From Terriglobia bacterium (lineage in GTDB: Bacteria; Acidobacteriota; Terriglobia; JAJPHL01; JAPKYU01), in NCBI GenBank assembly GCA_965206645.1, contig CBDBKE010000004.1, forward strand, positions 832,001 through 896,000: DNA of 64,000 nucleotides, read 5' to 3'. Within the stretch, counting starts at the first letter, position 1; every line of letters starts with the position of its first letter. The position numbers and the translations under genes were made by a program. Under the pieces are notes generated by a model. It did not search any database and was not told the origin of the DNA. It saw nothing but the letters and a program-made list of their open reading frames with translations. This document shows, piece after piece, positions 52,474 to 62,167 of the stretch.

Positions 52474-53331
52474 ATGATGACCCGAATCGCGGTAGTCTTC
52501 CTGGCGTTCAGTTTGGTTCCCACCCTATCGCTAGCGCAACGTCGAGGTTCCGGTCGAACCGGGACCAGAGTGTCTTCCCCAGGTGGCCGGCTGAGCGGTC
52601 CTGCCATGACCATCGGGAGCAGCCACCGGTCGGGACACAGATACGGGCATGGACACTTTAGGCCCGGGTCGCTCATCGCACCCCCCACTGGTTACGGGAA
52701 CATCAACCACCCCGGATTGGGCTTTGCCCCCAACACTCCCGGCATCGGTGTCCCACTTACGCCGGGCATCCAGCCGCTGCCCACGAGAAACCAACACTTG
52801 ATCGGCCCCATTCGCCCCGGGGTCACAGATTTTGGGCGGCCGCCTAGGCACGGAAAGCGCTATCGCTCTCGTTACCCCAGCCGCTACAGGAGTTACTACA
52901 ACTCCGGCGGATCGTATGGTGCGGGCGGCGTCGCCGTCGTGGGTGTGCCGGTTGTAGTGGGTGGATATGGATACTACCCCCAGCAGCCGCAGGTCATCAT
53001 CGTTCAGCAGCCGGCCTACCAGGAACAGCTCCAGGCACAGGAACCACCCCGCCACATGCCCGGTCGAATTCTCACCGAGCGCGAAGCGGAGCGGAGGGGG
53101 CTGATTTACGAAACTCGCCCGCCTTTGGCCCAGGAGAGGCCGACCAAGCCACTTACCCTGCTGGTGTTCAAAAACCACTCCATCTACGCGGTCAGCGAGT
53201 ACTGGAAAGAAGACGACAGCATCTGCTACGTGACCAGCTACGGCTCGCAGAATTGCGTCAGCCTCGACCTGCTGGATGTGGAATTTACCAAGAAGCTGAA
53301 CGAAGAGCGAAGCATCAAGTTTGAACTGTAG
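52474..53331 (+). CDS. Secreted low-complexity hypothetical protein
   Basis: AAGGAGG RBS, signal peptide, G/P/Y-rich region, C-terminal LLVFKNHSIYAVSEYW domain. Confidence 0.75.
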   Translation: MMTRIAVVFLAFSLVPTLSLAQRRGSGRTGTRVSSPGGRLSGPAMTIGSSHRSGHRYGHGHFRPGSLIAPPTGYGNINHPGLGFAPNTPGIGVPLTPGIQPLPTRNQHLIGPIRPGVTDFGRPPRHGKRYRSRYPSRYRSYYNSGGSYGAGGVAVVGVPVVVGGYGYYPQQPQVIIVQQPAYQEQLQAQEPPRHMPGRILTEREAERRGLIYETRPPLAQERPTKPLTLLVFKNHSIYAVSEYWKEDDSICYVTSYGSQNCVSLDLLDVEFTKKLNEERSIKFEL

Positions 53332-53497
53332 GTTTCTTCCGAACGGACGGCTTTTTCGGGTCCTGACGTGGGGACCTCAGCTTTGTCCACATGTCAGGGG
53401 GTTGCCCGTTTCCAGCGGTGACCATCACCACGCTCAGTCTCCTCTCGTATTCCGTTCCCGCATATCATCAAGCGCCTACCTTTAGGAGAATTTTGCG

Positions 53498-55276
53498 ATG
53501 AAAGTGCTGGGGCTGCTTCTGATATTCCTGTCCAGTTCCGCTGCCATTCCGCTGTCCGCCCAAATTCAAACCCCGGCCGCGTCCCCAGGGCAAGCACAGC
53601 GTCCGCCCAGCTCACTCGGTGCTCCCGATACGGAAAGCGCCCAACATCCCGCGTCCGAGCAGCAGGAAGTGCCCAAGGCCACCTTAAGCGGCCACGTCTA
53701 TGCTAGGGCGACTGGAGCACCCCTGAAGCGGGCCCGGCTGATGCTGCGCCCCGCCGCGCGCCCGACCGACACCACGACCGCGACTACTGACGAGCAGGGC
53801 ACATACGAATTCCGCAACGTTGAGCCTGGCAGTTACACTCTGCAGTGCACCCGAAACGGCTACGTCAGGACCTCCTACGGGCAGAAAAGCCCCAGGCAGC
53901 CTTCCGTCCGCCTCACCGTTCACCCGGGCCAGGAACTCAAGGACCTGGATTTTCAACTCATCCGGGGCGGGGTCATCAGCGGGAGGGTTCTGGACGAGGA
54001 CGGTGAACCGCTCTCCAGCGTGCGGGTGCAGGCGCTGGCGAGGCAGTACCGGCGGGGCCAGGTTCGGCTGGTGCGGCGCGGAGGGGACTCTAGCGACGAC
54101 CGTGGCGAGTACCGTATTTTCGACCTGCCACCGGGCCGTTACTTCGTTCGGGCAGTCTGGCGCAGCTTCCGAAATCAAGAGAGTAGTTTTGCTCCGGTGT
54201 TCTACCCGAACGTCCTCAGGGCGGAGGACGCGCAACGCATCCCGGTCGGTGAGGGAGGTGAAGCGCCCCGGGTGGACATCCGGATGCAGAAGGTACCCAC
54301 CTACAGCGTGAGCGGCAAAGTGCTGGATCTGGTGACTGGCCGGCCAGTCACCAGCGGCGGCGTCAGCGCGAGGTCGGAGGAGTCCTCGATGTTTTTCTTC
54401 GGCGGCGACCGGATCCGTAGCGACGGGAGCTTTCGCCTGGCAGGGCTGGTCCCGGGCCGCTACCAACTGATCGCCTTTGTGGAACGCCCCGGAGCGAGCG
54501 GCTTCGGCATGCGCTCACCAGTGCTGAAACGCTTTGACCTGCACGAAGCCAATATCGAGAACATGGTGGTGACTGTGGGGCCGGGGGTTGCCGTACGGGG
54601 CAAGATTGTGGCCGAGGGAGGAGAGGTTTCTACCGATGGGCTCCGCGTGATGCTTATGCCGAAGGCCGGCAACTCCCCCTTCCCTGGCGGCATGAGCCTG
54701 GCCAACGACGATCTAACCTTCGAAATCGCCAACGTACAGCCGGGGCAGTACGACCTCAACGTATCCTCTCCCCAGAGCCCGATGGCCATCGGGTCGAGCT
54801 CGGGCATGCTGCAGAGCGCTTCGTTCTACGTAGGGGAAGTGAGCGCCGACGGAAAGAACGTGGTCGAGGAGGGCCTAACGGTCAGTGAGAACTCGCCGAT
54901 CCCGGACCTGGAGGTGGTGCTGGATTTCACCGGCGGCACGGTCACTGGCCTGTTGCTGGACGAAGATGAGCAGCCGATTTCCGGCGTCCACGTCGCGCTA
55001 CTCAGTACCGACCAGGAGAAGCGCGGCTCCGACCGCTACTTCCGCAGCGGGGCGGCCGACCAGCATGGTCAGTACAAGCTAAGCGCCATCATTCCCGGCG
55101 AATACCTGCTGCTGGTGTGGCCTGAATCCGATGTTGCCCGCGTCCAGGATCCCGAGCTGTTCGCCCAGCTTGAGGAGCACGCCGTCCGCGTGACTGTGGA
55201 CAAGTCGGCCACCGTTCAGCAGGACCTCACCCTGACTTCCGACATCCAGACCATCGTCCGGAACTTTCTGCAGTGA
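53498..55276 (+). CDS. Secreted carboxypeptidase regulatory-like domain repeat protein
   Basis: Repeated SGxV...TDxxGxYxF..PGxY modules. Confidence 0.85.
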   Translation: MKVLGLLLIFLSSSAAIPLSAQIQTPAASPGQAQRPPSSLGAPDTESAQHPASEQQEVPKATLSGHVYARATGAPLKRARLMLRPAARPTDTTTATTDEQGTYEFRNVEPGSYTLQCTRNGYVRTSYGQKSPRQPSVRLTVHPGQELKDLDFQLIRGGVISGRVLDEDGEPLSSVRVQALARQYRRGQVRLVRRGGDSSDDRGEYRIFDLPPGRYFVRAVWRSFRNQESSFAPVFYPNVLRAEDAQRIPVGEGGEAPRVDIRMQKVPTYSVSGKVLDLVTGRPVTSGGVSARSEESSMFFFGGDRIRSDGSFRLAGLVPGRYQLIAFVERPGASGFGMRSPVLKRFDLHEANIENMVVTVGPGVAVRGKIVAEGGEVSTDGLRVMLMPKAGNSPFPGGMSLANDDLTFEIANVQPGQYDLNVSSPQSPMAIGSSSGMLQSASFYVGEVSADGKNVVEEGLTVSENSPIPDLEVVLDFTGGTVTGLLLDEDEQPISGVHVALLSTDQEKRGSDRYFRSGAADQHGQYKLSAIIPGEYLLLVWPESDVARVQDPELFAQLEEHAVRVTVDKSATVQQDLTLTSDIQTIVRNFLQ

Positions 55277-55339
55277 CCCACCCCTGGCCACCGGCATTGG
55301 GACCGATGGAGAAATCAGTCAAGTCAGCGGGGAAAACGG

Positions 55340-56707
55340 TCAAGGTAGCTGGGCAGGCTCGGCGTCCGGCTCCGCCTGGGTCTCCATGCGCTCCAGCCGG
55401 ACCGAGGCAATGCGGTGGTGCTCCATCGCTTCCACGGTGAATCGCCAGCCATCAAACACGCACGATTCGCCCACCTTCGGGATGTGGCCCATGCTGCTTA
55501 GCAGAAAGCCGGCCAGCGTCTCAAACCCGCGGTCGCGCGGCACGCGAATTTCCCACCGCTCATCCAACTCGTGAATCCTAGTGGACCCCTCCAGGACCAA
55601 GCCGCGCAGCCCGGGCTCGACCGGCATTTCTTTCGCCGCGTGCTCGTCCGGCAGCTCACCCACGACGCGTTCGAGCACGTCCCGAACGGTTACCAGTCCG
55701 GCGATGCTGCCAAATTCATCGACCACCAGGGCCAGGTGCCGTCGGCGCCGCTTGAATTCCTCCAACAACTCACTCAGTGGCTTGGTTTCGGGAACAATCA
55801 GCGCGTCGCGGACCAGGCTGCGGAGCTGGAACTCGCGTACCGGCCGTCCCTGCTGCTGAGCAGCCTGCCCTTCGGCCAACACCCCAAACAAATCCTTCCG
55901 GTAGAGGACGCCAATGAAATTCTCGGGAGAGCCTTCATACACCGGCACGCGAGAGTATGGGCGCTCGACCAGTCGCCTGACCATCTCCTCCAACGGGGTG
56001 GCTACCGAGACGCTCACCACATCCGGGCGCGGCACCATGACCTCGCGGACAAGAATTTCCCCCAGATCAAAGATGTTGTGCGCCATCGCCTCCAGCGGCT
56101 CGGGTAGCAGTCCACCCTCCCGCCCCACGGTCACCAACATCTTCAGCTCTTCCGGGGAATGCACGTGCCGGTGAGTCGTCGAGCCTGCGCCGAACAGGCG
56201 GGAGATCGCGGTGGCAGCCGTGTCCAGGACGCGCAGAAAGGGGTGGGTGACCTGCACGAACAGATCCATGGGCCGTGCGATCAGCAGCACCAGACGGTCA
56301 CTCCGGGCCAGAGCCACGTTCTTCGGCACGACTTCGCCCAGGACCAGGTGCATGGCGGTAATAATCAAGAAGGCAACTGCCAGAGCGATGGAGTGAGCAA
56401 TCGCCAGCCGGGCCACCGGCGTAAACGCCGCCAAAAGCGGCATCAGCAAATCGGCCACCGCATGCTCGCCCACCCAGCCCAGAGCCAGGCTGGCCAGGGT
56501 GATGCCTAACTGCGTGGCCGACAAGACGCGGTCAATCTGGCCGTGAAGACGCACCGCGATCTTGGCCCCGCTGCGCCCCTCCGCCTCCAGTTGCCGAAGC
56601 CGGGTGGGCCGGATGCTCACCAGCACAAATTCGGCGGCTACGAAGAAGGCGTTGGCGGCCACAAAGAAGCCAACGGCCAACAGGCGCAGCGCCAGTGGCA
56701 CTTCCAT
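55340..56707 (-). CDS. Hemolysin/CorC family (CNNM-CBS-CorC) protein
   Basis: FFVAAEF, QLGIT, GEVVPK, VVDEFG, ETLAGF. Confidence 0.92.
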   Translation of the reverse strand: MEVPLALRLLAVGFFVAANAFFVAAEFVLVSIRPTRLRQLEAEGRSGAKIAVRLHGQIDRVLSATQLGITLASLALGWVGEHAVADLLMPLLAAFTPVARLAIAHSIALAVAFLIITAMHLVLGEVVPKNVALARSDRLVLLIARPMDLFVQVTHPFLRVLDTAATAISRLFGAGSTTHRHVHSPEELKMLVTVGREGGLLPEPLEAMAHNIFDLGEILVREVMVPRPDVVSVSVATPLEEMVRRLVERPYSRVPVYEGSPENFIGVLYRKDLFGVLAEGQAAQQQGRPVREFQLRSLVRDALIVPETKPLSELLEEFKRRRRHLALVVDEFGSIAGLVTVRDVLERVVGELPDEHAAKEMPVEPGLRGLVLEGSTRIHELDERWEIRVPRDRGFETLAGFLLSSMGHIPKVGESCVFDGWRFTVEAMEHHRIASVRLERMETQAEPDAEPAQLP

Positions 56708-56843
56708 AGGCAAGATGTTAGCACGGCGGGAAGCACCCTTAAAAAGAGGCACCCAAATGGGAAGCAGCTGCGTCCAATGGTGTGGCGGTTGGAGAAACTT
56801 TATACCGGCCAACGTGTTTAGAGACTCAGGGAGGTAACGCTCG

Positions 56844-57059
56844 ATGATGGCCGCTGGTATTGCGTTTGCAGTTGAAGATGTCCGTGGTTACGGGCCAGAA
56901 GTCGTCGAACGGCTGAAGCAGAGTCTGGAACAGAACTGCCCAGCATTGCCAGATCCCCGCCATCCCCACCTGTTCGTGCTGGAGTGTGCGGGCGAAAGTT
57001 TCTATATCGCTCCTCTCTCCACCGGCAAGGTCCTATTGCTGGCGCGCTGGCTGAGCTGA
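56844..57059 (+). CDS. Small hypothetical protein
   Basis: GGGAGG RBS; 71 aa ending VLLLARW. Confidence 0.6.
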   Translation: MMAAGIAFAVEDVRGYGPEVVERLKQSLEQNCPALPDPRHPHLFVLECAGESFYIAPLSTGKVLLLARWLS

Positions 57060-57197
57060 CCGCCCCAGGCCCCGCCGAACAGCAGTACCAACTATCTTTC
57101 TCTTAATACAACATAAACGGCCCTTAATGCACCATAAACAGCCTCACGCCCAGCAGCCGATTGTGGCTGACCGGCGGGGTGGGATAGAATCCTCAGC

Positions 57198-59063
57198 ATG
57201 CACGGCCGCGCGCAGAGGTTGCTAGAGCGCATTCAGACGCAGGTGGTGGTGGCTGACGGCGCCATGGGCACGATGCTGTACTCCAAGGGCATCTTCATCA
57301 ACCGCTGCTTCGACGAACTCAATCTTTCCAATCCAGGGCTGGTAAAGGAAATCCACCAGAGCTACGTTCGGGCCGGCGCCGAAATCATCGAAACCAACAC
57401 CTTCGGGGCCAACTCCCTGCGGCTGGCGGCCTTCGGCCTGGCGGAAAAACTGCGCGACATCAACCAAGCGGGGGTGCGCCTGGCGCGCGAGTCCGCTGGC
57501 GAGGATTTGTTTGTGGCGGGCGCCGTGGGCCCTCTGGGACTACGGATCGAACCCCTGGGCCCTACTTCCTTTCGGGAAGCGCGGGAAGCATTCCAGCAGC
57601 AAATCACGACCCTGGCTGCGGCCGGCGCCGACCTGATTGTGCTGGAAACCTTTGGCGACCTGAACGAAATCCGCGAAGCCATCTTCGCAGCCCGGGAGGC
57701 GTGCGACCTCCCCATCATGGCGCAGATGAGCGTGGACGAGGAGGGCAACGCGCTGTTTGGCGCCATCCCGGAGGTTTTCGCCCGCCGCCTGGAGGAGTGG
57801 GACGCCGACGTGGTTGGCGTCAACTGCTCGGTGGGACCCAAGTTGGCTCTGGAGGTTCTGGAGCGGATGCGCAAAGCCACCAGGAAGCCGCTCTCGGTGC
57901 AGCCGAACGCCGGCACACCAGCGAATATCGAAGGGCGCCATGTGTATCTCTGCTCGCCGGAATACCTGGCGCAGTACTCGCGGCGCTTCGCTCAAGCGGG
58001 TGCCAGGGTCATTGGTGGCTGTTGTGGCACTACGCCCGAGCACATCAAACTGATCAAGAACGAGGTCCGCTCTCTGCAGCCGGCGCATGCCCACTTCCAG
58101 GTGACCGCAGCGGTCGAGGATCGGCCCAAGGCGCTGCCACCGATCCCGCAGGAAGAGAAATCAGGGCTGGGCCAGAAGCTGAAGAATGGGGCGTTCCCAG
58201 TCTTTGTGGAAATCCTGCCGCCTCGCGGCTCCGACCCCAGCAAGGAAATCGAAGGGGCGCGACTGTGCGCTGCCCACGGTGTGGATTGCATCAATGTACC
58301 CGACGGGCCGCGGGCCAGCGCGCGGATGAGCGCACAGGCCCTGGCCTACCTAATCCAGCAGCAGGCGGGATTGGAAGCGGTCCTGCACTACTGCTGCCGC
58401 GACCGCAACATCATCAGCATGCAGTCGGACCTGCTGGGGGTTTACACGGTCGGCATCCGCAATCTGATCCTCATTACCGGTGACCCGCCGCGCCTGGGCA
58501 ACTACCCGGAGGCCACCGCCGTCTTTGACGTGGACGCCATCGGACTCACCAATATCGTTGCCAACCTGAACCGTGGCCTGGATCTGGGCGGCAGCCCAAT
58601 CGGCTCGCAGACCGGTTTCTTCATCGGGGTGGGCGCCGACCCGGGCGCGGTCCACATGGATCAAGAGCTCCGCCGGTTGCGGTGGAAAATCGAGGCGGGT
58701 GCCGAATATATCGTGACCCAACCTGTGTTTGACCTGGACCAACTGGAAGCACTGGTCCGCCAGGTAGAACCGTTCAAGATCCCCGTCGTTGCCGGCATCT
58801 GGCCGCTGACCAGCTACCGGAATGCAGAGTTTATGATCAACGAGCTGCGAGTGCCCGTCCCGGACGCCTTCATGGAGCGGATGCGTAAGGCCGAGTCGGC
58901 TGAAGCGGCGCGGGCCGAAGGAGTGGCGATCGCCCGCGAGATGCTGGCCCGGGCGCACCACGTGGTGCAGGGCGCGCAGTTGAGCGCGCCGTTCGGCCGC
59001 TACCGCATGGCCCTGGAGGTCTTGGAAGCGCTCGGCGATCGCCGCGCACAGGTCGCCACCTAA
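57198..59063 (+). CDS. Bifunctional homocysteine S-methyltransferase / methylenetetrahydrofolate reductase (YitJ-like)
   Basis: DGAMGT, GVNC, GGCCGTTP, CRDRN, TGDPP, TQPVFD. Confidence 0.93.
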   Translation: MHGRAQRLLERIQTQVVVADGAMGTMLYSKGIFINRCFDELNLSNPGLVKEIHQSYVRAGAEIIETNTFGANSLRLAAFGLAEKLRDINQAGVRLARESAGEDLFVAGAVGPLGLRIEPLGPTSFREAREAFQQQITTLAAAGADLIVLETFGDLNEIREAIFAAREACDLPIMAQMSVDEEGNALFGAIPEVFARRLEEWDADVVGVNCSVGPKLALEVLERMRKATRKPLSVQPNAGTPANIEGRHVYLCSPEYLAQYSRRFAQAGARVIGGCCGTTPEHIKLIKNEVRSLQPAHAHFQVTAAVEDRPKALPPIPQEEKSGLGQKLKNGAFPVFVEILPPRGSDPSKEIEGARLCAAHGVDCINVPDGPRASARMSAQALAYLIQQQAGLEAVLHYCCRDRNIISMQSDLLGVYTVGIRNLILITGDPPRLGNYPEATAVFDVDAIGLTNIVANLNRGLDLGGSPIGSQTGFFIGVGADPGAVHMDQELRRLRWKIEAGAEYIVTQPVFDLDQLEALVRQVEPFKIPVVAGIWPLTSYRNAEFMINELRVPVPDAFMERMRKAESAEAARAEGVAIAREMLARAHHVVQGAQLSAPFGRYRMALEVLEALGDRRAQVAT

Positions 59064-59324
59064 ATGCCAAAAGACGCCACACCCCCATCGGAATCGTTCG
59101 AAGGTTCGCTGGACCGCCTGGAGAAGATCGTCAAGGAGCTGGAGAACGGCAACTTGCCGCTGGAGCGCGCCCTGGAGCTGTTCGAGGAAGGCATGAAGCT
59201 TTCCGAGAACTGCCGGCGGCAACTGGACAGCGCCGAAAGCCGCATCGAGATGCTAGTGCGGAAGGCTGACGGCCGCGTCGTGACAGAACCGTTCCGCCTG
59301 GCCGACGAGAGCGACAAGCCGTGA
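59064..59324 (+). CDS. xseB: Exodeoxyribonuclease VII small subunit
   Basis: FEGSLDRLEKIVKELENGNLPLERALELFEEG. Confidence 0.95.
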   Translation: MPKDATPPSESFEGSLDRLEKIVKELENGNLPLERALELFEEGMKLSENCRRQLDSAESRIEMLVRKADGRVVTEPFRLADESDKP

Positions 59325-60223
59325 GTGGCCTCTCGGCCCGCCTCCAGGAGCGGTTGCGGCTCCGGCAGCAGGCGGTGGACGCCCGCCTGGAACAATTGCT
59401 GCCGCCGCCCAACCAGCGGCCCGAGAGCTTGCACGGCGGTATGCGCCACAGCGTCTTCGCGGGGGGCAAGCGCATCCGCCCCACTCTCTGCCTGGAAGCA
59501 GCCGCGGCTGTGCGTCCTGAGGAAGCGGAACAGGCCCTGGACGTGGGTTGCGCCCTGGAGATGATTCACACTTACTCGTTGATTCACGACGACCTGCCGG
59601 CCCTGGACAACGATAACTTCCGCCGCGGCCATCCCACCTGCCACAAAGCATTCGGGGAAGCCACCGCCATTCTGGCCGGCGACGCGCTCCTGACGCTGGC
59701 CTTTGAAGTTCTGGCCCGTTGTGGCCCGACGTTGGCCGAGCGCCGCGCCGCCATCCTGGCCGATGTGGCCCAGGCGGCCGGCACCCTGGACGGCATGATT
59801 GGGGGCCAGGTGGTGGACCTGGAGTCGGAACGCCGCCCGGTGGATGCCGCAACGGTGGAATACATCCACCGCTCCAAGACCGGCGCTTTGATCCGAGCCG
59901 CCGTGTGTAGCGGCGCGCTGGCTGCGGGTGCCGTAGAAGACCAACTAGCCGCCCTCTCCGAATACGGAGCGCAGCTCGGGCTGGCCTTTCAAATTGTGGA
60001 CGACATCCTGGACGTCGAAAGCTCCTCGCAAAAGCTTGGCAAGACAGCCGGCAAGGACGCAGCTCAGCAGAAAGCCACTTATCCTGCCGTTCACGGGCTG
60101 GCCTGCTCCCGGGAACTGGCGGCGGCGAGGATTCAGAAGGCCGTGGCGGCTCTCGAGCCGTTCGGCCCTCAGGGATGTTGGCTACGGGAAATTGCGCTCT
60201 ACATCGGCGAACGGAAAAATTAA
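59321..60223 (+). CDS. ispA: Farnesyl/geranylgeranyl diphosphate synthase
   Basis: GGKRIRP, SLIHDDLPALD, FQIVDDILD. Confidence 0.93.
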   Translation: MSGLSARLQERLRLRQQAVDARLEQLLPPPNQRPESLHGGMRHSVFAGGKRIRPTLCLEAAAAVRPEEAEQALDVGCALEMIHTYSLIHDDLPALDNDNFRRGHPTCHKAFGEATAILAGDALLTLAFEVLARCGPTLAERRAAILADVAQAAGTLDGMIGGQVVDLESERRPVDAATVEYIHRSKTGALIRAAVCSGALAAGAVEDQLAALSEYGAQLGLAFQIVDDILDVESSSQKLGKTAGKDAAQQKATYPAVHGLACSRELAAARIQKAVAALEPFGPQGCWLREIALYIGERKN

Positions 60224-60384
60224 ACAAACACGCCAGCTTTCATAGTGGCGCCGACGGCTCTCCGCCCGCTCACAAGCCAGCCGGATATCTTGCAACTCCC
60301 CGGCCAGGGGTGGCATCCCCAACCGACACTTGATAAGCTTCCTTCGCGTGCTGAGGGTAGTGTCTTTTCGGTAAGAAGCTGAGT

Positions 60385-61134
60385 TTGAAAGTACGGCTGG
60401 ACAAGCTGCTGGTGGAACGCGGCCTGGCGGAAACCCGCCAGAAGGCGCAGGCGATGATCCTTGCGGGAGAGGTTTTGGTCGAAGAGCAGAAAGTCGAAAA
60501 GCCCGGCACGTTGGTGAGGGCCGACGCACCGTTGCGTTTGCTGGGAGGCGGGATTCGTTACGTCAGCCGCGGCGGACTGAAGCTGGAGGCGGCGCTGGCC
60601 TCCTTCGCCATCGACGTGGCGGGTAAGGTCTGCCTGGATGTGGGCGCCTCGACCGGCGGATTTACTGACTGCCTGCTCCAGCACGGCGGAAGCCGCGTCT
60701 ACGCGGTGGACGTCGGAGCCGGCCAAATGGACTGGCGGCTGCGCAGCGACCCACGCGTCCGCCTTCGTGAGAAGCTGAACGCCCGCCGCCTTGCACCCGA
60801 AGACATCGGCGAGCCGGTGGATTTTGTCTCCGTAGACGTCTCGTTCATTTCTGCTACGCTCATCCTGCCCCGGCTGCCCGCCGTGCTGAAAGAGGATGGG
60901 CAGGCGGTGGTGCTGGTGAAGCCCCAATTTGAGGTGGGACGCGGACACGTGGGCAAAGGCGGGATCGTGCGCGATCCCCAACTCCACTCGGCCGCGGTGG
61001 AAAAAGTGGAAGTCGCGGCCAAATCCGCAGGCATGGTGGTGGCGGGGCAGATGCCCAGTCCCATACAGGGCAGCGAAGGGAACCAGGAATTCCTGCTCCT
61101 TCTTCGTTGCCGGAACCGGAATATTGAAGAGTGA
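60385..61134 (+). CDS. tlyA: TlyA family RNA methyltransferase
   Basis: S4 domain, YVSRGGLKL, DVGASTGGFTD, KPQFE. Confidence 0.94.
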   Translation: MKVRLDKLLVERGLAETRQKAQAMILAGEVLVEEQKVEKPGTLVRADAPLRLLGGGIRYVSRGGLKLEAALASFAIDVAGKVCLDVGASTGGFTDCLLQHGGSRVYAVDVGAGQMDWRLRSDPRVRLREKLNARRLAPEDIGEPVDFVSVDVSFISATLILPRLPAVLKEDGQAVVLVKPQFEVGRGHVGKGGIVRDPQLHSAAVEKVEVAAKSAGMVVAGQMPSPIQGSEGNQEFLLLLRCRNRNIEE

Positions 61135-61203
61135 TCATGTTTTATTGATGATTATTCCAGGTTATTCAATTACCAATGTGCCAATCGTCAATCATTTAAT
61201 GAC

Positions 61204-62076
61204 ATGAAGACCGTCGGAATTATATCCAAACCGAAGAACCCGGAAGTTCGCCAGATTGTTCCGGACCTGACCTGCTGGCTGGCGGAACGAAAGGTGTCGG
61301 TGCTGGTGGACCGCGAGACCGCGGCGGCGATGGGCGACCCCGCTGGCGGGCTGGAGCGGGAGGAACTGACCCGCCGGGTGGACCTGCTGGTGGTGCTAGG
61401 CGGCGATGGCACTCTGCTGGCCGCCGCCCGCGCCGTCCAGGAGCGCGACCTGCCAGTGCTGGCCGTCAACTTGGGCGGCATGGGCTTCTTGACCTCGGTC
61501 ACTTTGCCTGAGATGCACCCCGACCTGGAGCACGTGCTGGCCGGCCGCTATGAAGTGGATCTGCGCCGCAAGCTGCTGGTGGAGGTGCGACGCGCGGCTG
61601 GCGCGGGCACTGGTGAAATCGTTGGTGTGTACCATGCCTTGAACGATGCGGTGCTGAACAAGGCCTCGCTGGCTCGCATCCTGGACTTTGACGCGTTTGT
61701 GGACGGAGAATTCGTTTGCACCTACAAGGCGGACGGCCTAATTATCTCCAGCGCCACCGGCTCCACCGCCTATTCGCTGTCGGCCGGCGGGCCCATTATC
61801 TTGCCGGGGGTGGACGCCGTCCTCATCACTCCCATCGCCTCTCATACGCTGACAAACCGGCCTTTGGTGGTCCCAAGAACTTCGACGATCGAAGTTGTGG
61901 TGAAGGCCGAGTACGAACCAGTGTTTCTCACCGTGGACGGGCAGGTGGGATTGGACATTCATCACGGGGATCGTGTGCTCTGCTGCCTCTCTCCACAGGT
62001 GCTCCGCCTGGTGCGTCCGCCGGGCAAGAGCTACTTTGATGTGCTGCGCAATAAGCTGAAGTGGGGACAGCGATGA
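61204..62076 (+). CDS. nadK: NAD kinase
   Basis: GGDGT, ALND, DGLIISSATGSTAYSLSAGG. Confidence 0.95.
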   Translation: MKTVGIISKPKNPEVRQIVPDLTCWLAERKVSVLVDRETAAAMGDPAGGLEREELTRRVDLLVVLGGDGTLLAAARAVQERDLPVLAVNLGGMGFLTSVTLPEMHPDLEHVLAGRYEVDLRRKLLVEVRRAAGAGTGEIVGVYHALNDAVLNKASLARILDFDAFVDGEFVCTYKADGLIISSATGSTAYSLSAGGPIILPGVDAVLITPIASHTLTNRPLVVPRTSTIEVVVKAEYEPVFLTVDGQVGLDIHHGDRVLCCLSPQVLRLVRPPGKSYFDVLRNKLKWGQR

Positions 62077-62077
62077 G

Positions 62078-62152
62078 CCGATTTGGGATTCCAAAATCCG
62101 GAATCCACACAAATAATCACAAATTCCTAATCCGAAATCGGAAATCCAAAAT
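62078..62152. repeat. Degenerate heptamer (AAATCC[AG]-like) tandem repeats
   Basis: ccaaaat ccggaat ... cctaat ccgaaat cggaaat ccaaaat. Confidence 0.65.
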
Positions 62153-62167
62153 GAGTAGGCAGCAACC

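Noticed and set aside
57060-57197. SAM riboswitch before the yitJ-like gene
   Set aside because: No ATCxAGAG/GCAACC/GTGC core, and the predicted leader after TAGAAT is only a few bases.
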